Source: Mytilus edulis (taxonomy: Eukaryota). Taken from it: a stretch of DNA of 64,000 nucleotides. The notes beneath the pieces were generated by a model. That model worked only from the letters and a program-made list of their open reading frames with translations. It was not told the DNA's origin and did not search any database. Every line of letters starts with the position of its first letter. Within the stretch, counting starts at the first letter, position 1. The translations under genes and the position numbers were made by a program. Shown in pieces: positions 50,898 to 62,180 of the stretch. The stretch is taken from NCBI RefSeq assembly GCF_963676685.1, contig NC_092355.1, forward strand, positions 25,792,001-25,856,000. The letters are read 5' to 3'.

Positions 50898-53689
50898 TGT
50901 ACAGTTAAAGTTAATAAGCTGTTTTTTTTAATCTGTCAAGATGTTAACACTAATCATGATAATTTTAGACAATTTGAAACCTCTTATTCTTAAATTTCTA
51001 TGATTTTCAAACAGAGAAGTAAAACAAAAACAATGAAAAGTAGCTAGCATTATCCTTTACTGTTTCATTCTTCATCAAACATGATGATCTCATGATATTT
51101 ACTTATGTGTATCTCCATATATGATAATATTCAAGATAATAACCAAAACCTGCAAAATTTCCCCAAAATTACTAATTCAGGGGCAGCAACCCAACAAGGG
51201 GTTGTCTGAATCATCTGTAAATTTCAGGGCAGATATATCTTGACCTGATAAACAATTTTATCTAGTCAGATTTGCTCTAAATGCTTTGATTAGATATAAG
51301 CTAAAATCTACATTTTACCCCTATGTTTTTTAGCCATGGCAGCCATCTTGGTTGGTTGGCCGGGTCACTGTAAACAGTTTGTCTACAAAGATTTCGGCAA
51401 AACATTAAACATGTAATATTTTTTCATTACAAATTTTATTTATAACACTATCAGTTATTACTTTATGATATGGTACAAAAATCAACCAACAAAATCGATT
51501 CGGTTTGGCCCAGATGACTTTTAAAATGTTTTTGTCATTGAAAAAAGCTCTAAATTATCTCCCTTTGGTGCAAAAAAAGCCATTTTTGAGCATTTAAATT
51601 GAAATATCTTTTTTAACTCATCGGTGACCTATATTTTTAATTATTGTTTTCAAATAAGCTAAACAATTGTAAAATTTTAGCGATTTCTGTAATTTAGTTC
51701 ATAAATTTTTTTATTTCGATATTACCTTTATGTCTCCTATAAGTTCAACAGAAAAAAAGGACATTAACAAAAATGTATGTTTCCTTCGAAGGCAGATTGT
51801 GAGCTTAAATGAACGGTGACCCCATGTTTTTATTTCGTTTTTCTATTAAGTATATGATAAAGTTCATTGATGAAAAAATATAGAGAAATCCTAAATTAGG
51901 AAAAAAAATGATTTAGACCCGCCATTTGTACCAGATTTGATATTTACGACAAATAATTTTTTTCTGAAGCTGAATAATCTATATATAATTTAAGATATTG
52001 AAATTCCATGAGGTTTTTAGGTAATTTAAACTTGTTAACTAAGCGACTTTATCAACGTTCGCCGCTCCACTATATTAGTGATTATCATTTTGACTTGTTA
52101 AATGTTTTGCATTTTATTCGGCAGGGAAAGTAAAATAAATATTTAATAAGCATTTAATCTGCAAATGCAACCAAAATTTTACAGAAGAGTACAATTTGCA
52201 TTAATAATATTACTTACTTTGATCCACTTTGAGTCTGAAGTCAATAAGGTAGTTTATTTATTGATTATGTATCGTCATCTGGATATCCTAGTATAGCAGT
52301 TGTAGTGAAAAGTAACGGCGGCAGTAATGAAAAGTAACGGCGGGAGTAATGAAAAGTATCCGCGGGAGTTGTGAAAATTAAGAACATATAACACTGTTTG
52401 AACAATGTTGCTGAATAAAGTAAAATAGCAAAAATACTGAGCTTCAACTTTGAAGACATTTTTTTTTCTTCATTTCTGGTGACCTGTATTCTCTATTCTT
52501 ACCATTGAAGCACTCTTATATTCTCAATTCTCCTTTTTGATCTTTAATTTTATAAGCACAATTGGCCGTTCATTTTGTACTTCTTGCAACCAACCTTACA
52601 AAATATCAACAATTCAGTCTATTTCTGGATATTTCCTCTGGATGGTTATTAATATCAATACTTCAAATTTGTTATATAGATAAAGTCGAAATATTATTCA
52701 TAACATCATCAGAAAAACGCCATTTTAATAAGAAAAGTTACACTTGTGCACTGGTTATTTATGGCAAAAGAGAAGTATATTTCTGACCATTTTCATTGGA
52801 TAGTTGATTTATTCTTGTAATTTGTTTTAAGCTTGACTAAATATTTTTTATCAGATCTATAGACAATCGACATTTTGTTTCAAAAAGTACATAGTTATTT
52901 ATTGCAAAAAAGAAGTCTTTTGTTGTCTATTTCCTCGCTGAATGGTTGAATGATACTTACAAATTGATATAAAGCTAGTCGAAATATTATTCATAAGATC
53001 TTAAGAAAAGAGACATTTAAGGTACATAAGTGGTTTATGGATTATTAGACATTTTCTCGTCTAAATAATCAAAGGATGAAAAGAAAGATTTCACGCATAT
53101 TTCAATACACGTATACTGATCTAGAAGTAGGATGTCCATGATTAATGTAACACGTGAAAAAGGAAGCTGTTGAAATACAGAACCTCTTACTGTTGAATAA
53201 GTAGTTTTTCTGATCATAAAGCATGCATAAATATAATCAATTTACCATTTCTCTTTTTAGAAACACGAATATGTACTTTAAAGAAGTTAGATGGCGTCAT
53301 GCTATCATTGTAAAGATTTTGGAAGGGGTCCTTTATTTCTGTAAACTTTTAACCTAATGTTCCCCCGGCCGTTATTTATTTATTTGTATCCTTATTCTCT
53401 ATTCTTTTTGTTTCACTATTCCATTATTATCTATTCTTTTCTATTTTGTGTCCATATTCCTCAATTCTTATTATTAATTTCAATGTTTTCTTCTCTTTTC
53501 CCTTTTTCTCTATTTATTAAAATCCCTTTTCGTAGGTATTCAATAATTGGATTTTACATAAGATTCTGAAACGCGTATAATGACCTTGTTGTCTCATTGG
53601 CACTCATACCACATCTTCATATATCTAAAAAGGGCTTACATATAGTTGTGTGTTAATGACATGCATTGTTTAGACTGTTGTAAGACAAC

Positions 53690-53970
53690 ATGTTTAATTT
53701 TCCTTTTTGGACGATGATGCTCCTTTGGCACCGTCTTACGGTATTTATATCCGAACTCGCCTTGTCTGTAGAGAAGTATATTGGATTTCAATGAGCGTTA
53801 TTTATATATTACTGGTACATGTATATTATAAAACCAGGGATGTTATTATCACAAATGATTTAAATCTTTGCTTCAGTCTCCCATAGATACATAGATTTGG
53901 TTTGGAAGCATGACTGTACTTAAAAAAAACAGATTCAAATCGGAAAAGCACATCCTAATTTTTAGGGTAT
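53690..53970 (+). mobile_element. Highly decayed Penelope-like fragment
   Basis: A frameshifted NFPF/DDDAPLAPSYGIYI motif of the same RT C-terminal family. Confidence 0.45.
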
Positions 53971-54539
53971 TTACAATTCTTGATTTGTCTTATGTTTTAT
54001 AAGAACATGTTTTGCTCACACATAATTGTCAGTATAATGTACCTTTATGCGATTGTCATTCAAATCAGAGGTCTAGCTAACTGTAAACCCAGTTTTATTT
54101 CACCGTATTCTATATAACAAATTCTTGTATCAAGTCAGGTAAATGACAGTTGTTTTTCATTCGTTTAATGTGTTTGAGGTTTGATTTTGCTTTTTTGTTA
54201 AAGGACTTTTTGTTTTGCATTTTCCTTGAGTTCGTTTTACAATTGAGATAGTTTTGATCAGGGTAAACCTATCAACCCAACATCCGATGGTGTTTCGAAC
54301 AAATTATGTGTACTCTAAGAACCGAGTAACGTTGAATTAACAAGAACCCAGGCCTTCCGGGCATAAAAGTTTGTTCAGTACTCGGGATAATTTCTGCAAA
54401 TTTTGATTTGTGCTCAAAAGTCATATTTAAATATGTAAATTGTGCTCAACATTATTGAGTATACTTCAGAAATTTGAAGCTCCATGTCTTGAATCTCGTG
54501 TTTAAGAAGGAAAATGCCGGCTATCGGTTACCGAGAGAT

Positions 54540-54730
54540 ATGGCGGCGGTGTAAAAGAATTCAAGCACCACTTCCGCGACGTTTCGAATCCTTTGGAATA
54601 TCTGTCATCTGAAGAGGTGTTTACTAGTAACAGATTCGCCTGAATATAATCAGATTCATAACTGGTCTGATTTATTGTTCTTTCCTCAAATCCATGAGGA
54701 ATCTAGCAATAACACCAGCTTTTTTCAAGT
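54540..54730 (+). mobile_element. PIF/Harbinger (HARBI1-like) transposase N-terminal relic
   Basis: FRDVSNPLEYLSSEEVFTSNRF, then frameshifted IIRFITGLI...RNLAITP, resembles the HARBI1 N-terminus. Confidence 0.45.
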
Positions 54731-55540
54731 GTTGACCCGTCAGCGTGCTTAGCATGGTTTGAAATTTAACGGGGATCATAGTTGGTAGTGTCGATAGATC
54801 AGTTAAGCCTATGTGTAGGTCACTGTTTAGATTGACAAGCAATTGTGTCGTCCACTGCTGCCATACCCTGGTTGTCTGCAAGGGTCTCCATTTTAAATAG
54901 AATAACCAAAAATAAAGTGAAAAATTCATCATCAATGTTTCTTAGCTTATTGTGAGAAAAGTCCTTACAGACAGCTTACAGCGATATATTATTTCACTAT
55001 TTCACTATTTCACTTAAAAAAAATCATATCTCATATTTTTTATATATCTCGTAGCTAGTACATGTACTCCTTTAAAATTAATTGTATGAATTATTTGGAT
55101 GTACAAAATCCAAGAAGCATACGATCTGAGCAACAATTTGAACATTTCAATATTTCTAGAAAATGTTCCATGAGTTTTTTTTAATATAAGTAATTATAAG
55201 CTGTTGGTAGTGCTACGAATAGTTTGTTTGATCGTTGTATCAACCATAATTTCACAAAGGATAATAAAAAAGGAATATAAAGAAATATGTATTTTACAAG
55301 TCACTTATCTTTTTAGTAACAGTTTTTATGATATTTGTAAGATGTTGGTAATGCTATAGATAGTTAGTTTGATCATTGTATAAACCATAATTTAACAAAG
55401 GAAAATAAAAAAAAATATTAGAAAAATTACGTATTTTACAAGTGACTGTTTCCTTTTTAGTAACTGTTAAACAATGTATAAGTGTGTGATTTAATTAGGT
55501 TCAAAGAGAAATCATCAAACAGATGTGAATGCAGTATCGG

Positions 55541-55575
55541 TATAAAGCAAGAGATAGTGTTCAGTTTATCAATTC
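55541..55575 (+). promoter_or_regulatory. Candidate TATA box and initiator
   Basis: TATAAAG at 55541 followed by TCAGTT/TCAATT initiator-like sequences, about 50 nt upstream of the ATG at 55590. Confidence 0.55.
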
Positions 55576-55589
55576 CATTTGAAACGAAG

Positions 55590-55629
55590 ATGCTGTTGTT
55601 TTTTGTAGCTAGCCTAATAGTTGGTTCAG
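55590..55629 (+). CDS. Exon 1 (signal peptide) of the secreted protein
   Basis: ATG at 55590; encodes MLLFFVASLIVGS; donor CAG|gtatgt. Confidence 0.75.
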
Positions 55630-58600
55630 GTATGTTTTTAAAAACACTAATTTAAATTTGCTCGTTACTATTCCATGAATAGAGTTTAAAGAATTTAATA
55701 CTTAGAGGATGGTTCAACTTCTCTGCATTTGGCCAATATCTCAACATTGCAGGAATAATTTACTTAAAGATATTCAATTATCTTATATAGATGCAAAAAT
55801 ATGCAATGTTTAAGGAAATTTTTATAGCAAAATGGAAATTTTCCAAGTTTTTTAAAATATTGATTCCATGACACTATTATTCCAAATGAATCGATTTATA
55901 TTTAAAAGGTAACGAGTGAATTGTTGTTTCAATTGGTTTAAATTTTTCATTTTGGGGGACTTTTATAGCTGCATATGCGGTGTACTTTACGATGACTTAT
56001 AGTCACTAACTTCTATAGGTCATTTGGACTCTGGTGGAGTCACACCACATCTTCCTATTTTCAACAACGGTGTTGTGAGTTCTGACGTGGTAGTAGGGGA
56101 CGAATGAGTTAATTGGAGGTAGATCTGATAGTAACGAACATGATACCACCAGTACTAGTGATATATTGATATATTTCTCGATAATGTACGACCGCCACAT
56201 ATTGAGCATGATCTACTTACCCTTCGGAGCACCTAAAATCACCCTAAGTTTTTGATGGAGTTCGTTTTGTTTAGTCTTTCTTTTTCTATATTGTTTGTTT
56301 TCATTAATTTTGTTTGTTTGTTTGTTGGATGTTTGTTTTGTTTTTTTTATAATAATGGCGTTTGGAATTTAAGTTCGATTTATGAGTTTGAATGTGCCTT
56401 TGGTATCATTCGCCCCTATTTGAGTGTTTGTTTACATGACATACATATATTTTTCACGTTTATTAAAATATCTGAGCTACATAGGACATTTTATAAAGAT
56501 ATTTTTTCTAACAGCGGTTTTATTCTTGTGACTTGCTTTAAATTGTTTTTCAGATGCCAACTGCAGTTTTCCAAATGAAGTAATTGGCATCGAATACATC
56601 GAAAATATTTCAAATGCAGACGGTTATAACGGTTTTGGCGTTGATATTGAAACAAATGTAGTTTGGAATGGAACAGTCTTACCACAAAATATAGTTAGTC
56701 TCTTCATACTATCCACTGGAAGTTATTTACTTGAATGCATTGAAAGGGATGGAGACTTTTACATGTTAAGGTACTTTTAAATTTGTTTGTGTTCCCTTTT
56801 CATGCTTTTTTAAAGTTTGGCATTTGAAGCTTTGTGGAATTTTTTTTTTTATTAAACGTGATGTAAAAGTTTAAAAAAGATAAAAAAGATACTTGAGGTC
56901 ATCTTCATAAATTCAAAATAAAAAAATGGAAATCACCATTGCAAAGAAATTTAAAACAGAAAGTCAAAAAACAATTACAAAACGTAACACAGAGGCCACA
57001 GACTAAACATTGTAAACCCAACTAAAGAAACCGGGTAGAATTACATGTGGTTCTGAAGGTTAGGCTGTTTACACAGCAAGTAAAATTCGGTAATAAAATT
57101 ATGTACCGACTTAAACTATAACATTATATACCATACTTAAGTTCCCAATGATATACATTTTGTATATGAATTTATAAGATTTTTATAATAAGGGTATCAA
57201 CGTCCTCATGCCACGTACATTGTGAAAAAACCCACATCATTTTAAGTGGTATGAAACGGACTGAACACAAATGGATTTCAAAATTTTTAATTCCAGGTTT
57301 CGACTATCACATAACATTTTGTACTGTTTGTTATGATCGTGTCTTCAACTTATTTGTCAATTTCGTATCGATAATTATTTGTTTCAGGCCCTTGTTGGTA
57401 AGCGGTGAACATTTATATTGGTGCTTCAAAATAAGAGTTATCTTTAGTGACTTTATTGAAATCGCAATATTTACGATAAACAGAGCAGGTAAGATATTTG
57501 TTTTACCTGATCAATAAAGTGACGATGTTTTCGAAGGCAACAGCATGACATAATTAGAACATTCACTGAATTAATATTTCATCTTATATCACAGAAGAAA
57601 CTGAACAAAAATTCATCACACGAATGTTTTACTTCACAGTTTGATGAGATAAAATTTTATGATTTTATTTAAAAGGATTTAAGTATATAGTCATTTAAGG
57701 TTTACGAATGATTGCCAGAAGTTCGAACTCCTAGTTTGTTTTTTTACGTTTTCGTACAACGCAGGGTAAAATATTTCCCCCCGTTTTATCCACTTTTCTT
57801 TTCATAGCAATAGTATCACAAAGGTCATCTTAAATGATGCTTAAATAAGCAAAATTCATATGTTTGTAACGAAATGTTCTGGTAATAGCTTCCTGCGCAT
57901 TTTGATTGATGTATATGCTATCTTTTGTTTCAGATCCATTTTCACCGCCGAAAACATTGTATGCTAGTGAACCTCTTCTTTGTGATATATGCAGACCTGT
58001 GAATGATAATGGAATTCCTAATCCATCTGACGTTGACGTGCGACTTCTAAGATGTACGTATTACTTTTGTCTCGAGTGGTGCATTGGTGCAAGGGTAGTC
58101 TAAGAAGTTACTATTGTAATCACTTGACTGTAAGGTCAGTAGATTTCTAAAGGCTACCCCCAAAAACAAAAATCTGGCCGCCCGGAATAGCCCGAAGGTG
58201 GTGCTTAAAAGTGGCATTTAGAACAAAAAAACAAATCACATCCTTGTTTCAAGTACCGCATTTTTTTTATTTACCTTAAAAATGCGACATACATGTACTT
58301 TCGGTCAACAAGCTATGAGAACATTCTCCTAAAACCTAACAAAAGCTGATAAAAATGTAAACTTGAATAGAAATGTGTAGACAACAAACAAAAACAACAT
58401 GTTTATCCGATACACTTTTTAGCGTATACATAATATTTATCTTTTAAGCGTTTCTTTTTTATATTACAGCCAGAACTGCTATAGAAAATAATGGTAAGTT
58501 TTGAGTAGCTACAAGCAATGATTTTCTTTCAATAGAGATAGATAAGATAAGATAAAGATTAATTTATTTTATTAAAGTGTCACGTGTTGATCTTACACAA

Positions 58601-61043
58601 TAGTAAAATATTTACACAAGTACAATCACATAAAAAAAAGAAAGATCAATTCCCACCCTAAATAGACTTATGAGACACTGTTATATATGTTGTGTACAAG
58701 TTATCATTTTGTACAAATTATAATTTGTACATTATAATTTGTACAAAAATATTGTACAAATTATAATTTGTATTTTGACTTTGTACAAATTACAATTTGT
58801 GCAAAATGTGCCTGTACAAATTACAATTTGTACAAAATTTGACCAAAATTCACTTATAACTTGTACAACAGTTTTAAATATTGATTTTGTTGAAAAATTA
58901 ATTGATTCACATAATAGAACCGTAATTAACTGACCACACAATAAACCTTATAACAAAATACACTGTTTTACACAACTACAAAAGACACATTGATCTTCGA
59001 AATTTTTGAAAGAAAAAAAAAGGAAAGAAGTATGATATTTTTTTCAAATTTTTCATTCATAAACTACTTTTTCTTAAAAAATATCATTCAATAGTACTGC
59101 TTGATTAGCTCTTATCGTTATTTGGAAGATTTTTCTTTTATTCAGAAACTTTGCAAAAACGGTAATATTTGTAAAAAAATGATATTTTGGATTGTGAAAG
59201 ATCATGTAGAGCATTTTGATGATCGTGAAAAGGATCAAGAAAGATTTTTTACCACTTATTAGTTATTTCAAAAAGTCTATGAAAACAATCAAAACATGTC
59301 GTCATCAATGTTCTTTCATGTTAAAGCAACACTTGGTACAGCACTTCTTAATTTAGAAGTGAGAGTCAAAAGATGTTGTGCAATACCTGATTCCATGACA
59401 TCACCTGCAGAAACGAATGATAAAGAACGACTTTTGAATTTTGTAACTTAGATGTACTGTGAGGTCATTTAATAGCAATTCAATAATGTGTATCAATGCT
59501 TTTTTTTTTTACCAAAATCCATATGATAAATTATTGTACAAGTAATAAGTGAATTTTTGTCCATTTTTGTACAAATTGTAATTTGTACAAGCACTTTTTG
59601 TACAAATTACAATTTGTACAAGGTCAAAATACAAATTATAATTTGTACAATATTTTTGTAAAAATTATAATTTGTACAAAATGATAACTTGTACACAACA
59701 TATACATATAAAACAGCTCAATCACAAAAAAAAAGAAAAAAAAGAAAAGGAAATGATAAGAAATCTCATATATTTATCTTGCAAACCTGATAAATTAAAC
59801 GGACTAATAAAAATTAGATTTTAAAGAAATGTAAGAATGTTAAATACACCTAGTTTAAAAAAATTGCGTTTAACGACTAAAACAAAAATTATGGGTAAAA
59901 CTGCGATAAGAATAAAATATTTCTATATATTATAAATTGAAATAATAAAAGATTTACTTTAACAGAAAGATAACGGTCAATTAAAAACTTAATAATTAGT
60001 ACAAATATAATCAGGCTTGTTGAGAGTTTACCTTATATAATTTTAGCATTAACGGTACCATGATTTATAATATTTTTAAGAGTAAAGCGGAAAATGAAAG
60101 TACTTCAATTATTGTAATCGATTAGAAACTTAACTGCTTACACATGAGAGTTTGTACCAAATAATACGTAGCATTTAGTATACTAAGGATTCACAAAGTT
60201 AAGTTTTTTGTTTTGGTTCGTCTCAAGGGAAAATAGTTTGCCCCAACCAAGCATTTATCTTTTCTCATAATACTTCAATAGCGCATATACAAAATAAAAA
60301 AATAAGTAGATTCTAGATTTCTTTAAGAGAGGACATAATCGATATAGCAACGACATGATTCAACATGGTATTGTCCTCTCCTTCTCATTCAATTACATTC
60401 AAAATTCGGTCGGTCGGTCGGTCTGTCTAATTATATTCATCTGTGTGTTTACCCGCTGTTGCTGATTTTAATTTATCGTATGAGATGTATTTGCAAAATA
60501 TCTGGGTACAAACTAAGTCATAGATGGAAATAGATGTGGAAGGAGTGAAAATGAGAAAACTCCCCATCTAAGTCACAATTTATAAAACGAAACATTAAAG
60601 GTCAAAGCAAGGTCTTAAACAACAATTACCAAAGTCGAAAAAGTAGTTATACATACTAACTTATTGAATCTATTTGAAAAATCAGTGAAGTATGTCAAAA
60701 ACAAACACTTATCATTTCAGTCACTGCTCCGGTCCCTGGACCAATTGTTTGCAACATTCCAGATGGTTGTAACATCCAAGACCCGTCAATTGAAATGGCC
60801 GGATGTAATCCTGTAATTGAGACTCCTCTTGAATCTTTTTGCCGTAAACTCATTGCCCTTATAAATGACAGTGCTAATGAGGATAAAAGTGCTAGTCGCA
60901 GCTCTAAACAAGGAAAGAAAAAAGGCTATAGAAAGTATGGTAGATATGGTCGTAAAAGAAAGAACAAACGTAAGCAGTGCCCAATTGACAACGATTTACG
61001 ACAGGAGATAAATGCAACTTGTGGACAATTTACCACTGTATGA
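55590..61043 (+). CDS. Uncharacterised secreted Cys-rich protein with a basic K/R/Y/G patch (274 aa, 6 exons)
   Basis: Exons 55590-55629, 56554-56770, 57388-57488, 57934-58053, 58470-58493 and 60721-61043 join in frame (825 nt) with all GT-AG introns. Signal peptide MLLFFVASLIVGSDA, then NCSFP...W...C.....FY.LR...YWC...LCDIC. TATAAA upstream and AATAAA downstream. Confidence 0.85.
56554..56770 (+). CDS. Exon 2 of the secreted protein
   Basis: tttttcag acceptor; encodes DANCSFPNEVIGIEYIENISNADGYNGFGVDIETNVVWNGTVLPQNIVSLFILSTGSYLLECIERDGDFYML; donor AG|gtact. Confidence 0.85.
57388..57488 (+). CDS. Exon 3 of the secreted protein
   Basis: tttcag acceptor; encodes RPLLVSGEHLYWCFKIRVIFSDFIEIAIFTINRA; donor CAG|gtaaga. 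Confidence 0.85.
57934..58053 (+). CDS. Exon 4 of the secreted protein
   Basis: tttcag acceptor; encodes DPFSPPKTLYASEPLLCDICRPVNDNGIPNPSDVDVRLLR; gtacgt donor. Confidence 0.85.
58470..58493 (+). CDS. 24-nt microexon (exon 5)
   Basis: Acceptor tttcttttttatattacag, then CCAGAACTGCTATAGAAAATAATG, then gtaagt; phase 1-1; encodes SRTAIENN. Confidence 0.7.
58688..59700. mobile_element. Non-autonomous TIR element (TGT...ACA ends, flanked by TATA)
   Basis: TGTTGTGTACAAGTTATCATTTTGTACAAATTATAAT... has an inverted copy ending at 59700. TIRs of about 180 bp are built of TTGTACAA repeats; lies in intron 5 of the secreted-protein gene. Confidence 0.85.
60721..61043 (+). CDS. Terminal exon 6 of the secreted protein
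   Basis: tttcag acceptor; encodes VTAPVPGPIVCNIPDGCNIQDPSIEMAGC...KQGKKKGYRKYGRYGRKRKNKRKQC...TCGQFTTV*. Confidence 0.88.
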
Positions 61044-61075
61044 GTGATTATTATTATGACCCTCGAGCATCATGG

Positions 61076-61081
61076 AATAAA
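61076..61081 (+). terminator. Polyadenylation signal
   Basis: AATAAA 33 nt after the stop codon, with a U/GU-rich tract downstream. Confidence 0.6.
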
Positions 61082-61569
61082 TATTCTCAAAATATCTCAA
61101 TGAATCGTTTTTATTGTGTATAGCATTTTATAAGATAGGAATTTTTGACCTTGAAAAAATGACGGACTGGCAAGATCTCAGTTTGTCTTTGAGGGATTTT
61201 TTGTCATTGTAAACACTGTGCATGTTACATCCCATTTCAACAAATTAATTTGAGTTAGTTTCTGCATGGTCACTCGCCTTTCTAGTTGAATCTCCAGTAG
61301 TCAGTAAACATATCTACTAATCTGTGTGTATGATCACAAATCCTGCATGTTTACCATATTGTGTATGCACTCATCAGTCTTCTAATCTGTGTGTATGTTC
61401 TACATATTTTGTATGTACTGACCAGTCTATGTAAAATTGAAAATGGAAATGGGAAATGTGCCAAAGAGACAACAACCTGACCAAAGGGTCACCAACCGGT
61501 CTTCAATGCAACGAGAAATTCCCGCACCCGGAGGCGTCCTTCAGCTAGCCCGTAAACAAATATATACTT

Positions 61570-62180
61570 GTCTGTCGATCTACCAGCCTCTCGTCGTGTT
61601 CAACAGTTTAAATGTGTCCACCAGTCTGTGTTGTACTCACAAGTCTCTACGCGTCCACCAGTCATTCGACATGTTCACCAGTCTATCTATGTGTTTCTCA
61701 GCTGAATGATCACTAGTCAGTCTTCTCGTCCAGTAGTCTGTAAACATGTCAACTGATCTGTGTGTGTATGTTCTACATATTTTGTATGTACTTAGCAGAC
61801 TATCTACGTGTATTCATGCCTGTCAACACCACTATGTAAGTATCCACCAGCCTTCCGTCATATTCAACAGTGTATATATTAACCAGTCTGTATATGTGTC
61901 CACCAGTCTGTACATATGTCCACCAGTCTGTGTATGTGTCCACCAGTCTGTCAACGTGTTTGCCAGTCTGTCTACGTGACCCCAAATAGTTAACATGTTC
62001 ACTAGTTTGTCTACATGATTACCAGTCTGTCTACGTGTCCACCAATTAGCCAACATGTTAACTAGTCTATCTACGTGTTTGCAAATATGTCTACGTGTCC
62101 ACCAATTAGTCAATATTTTAACTAGTCTATCTATGTGTTAAGAATCTGTCTACGTCTCCACCGATTAGTCAACCTGTTCA
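61570..62180. repeat. Degenerate minisatellite of about 20 bp (GTCCACCAGTCTGT core)
   Basis: Direct read; it explains the repetitive ORFs at 61746-62113. Confidence 0.85.

Noticed and set aside
58732-58941. Overlapping ORFs on both strands
   Set aside because: They are products of the TTGTACAA repeats in the TIR.
61746-62113. Trp/His/Thr-rich repetitive ORFs
   Set aside because: They are translations of a degenerate minisatellite downstream of the poly(A) signal.
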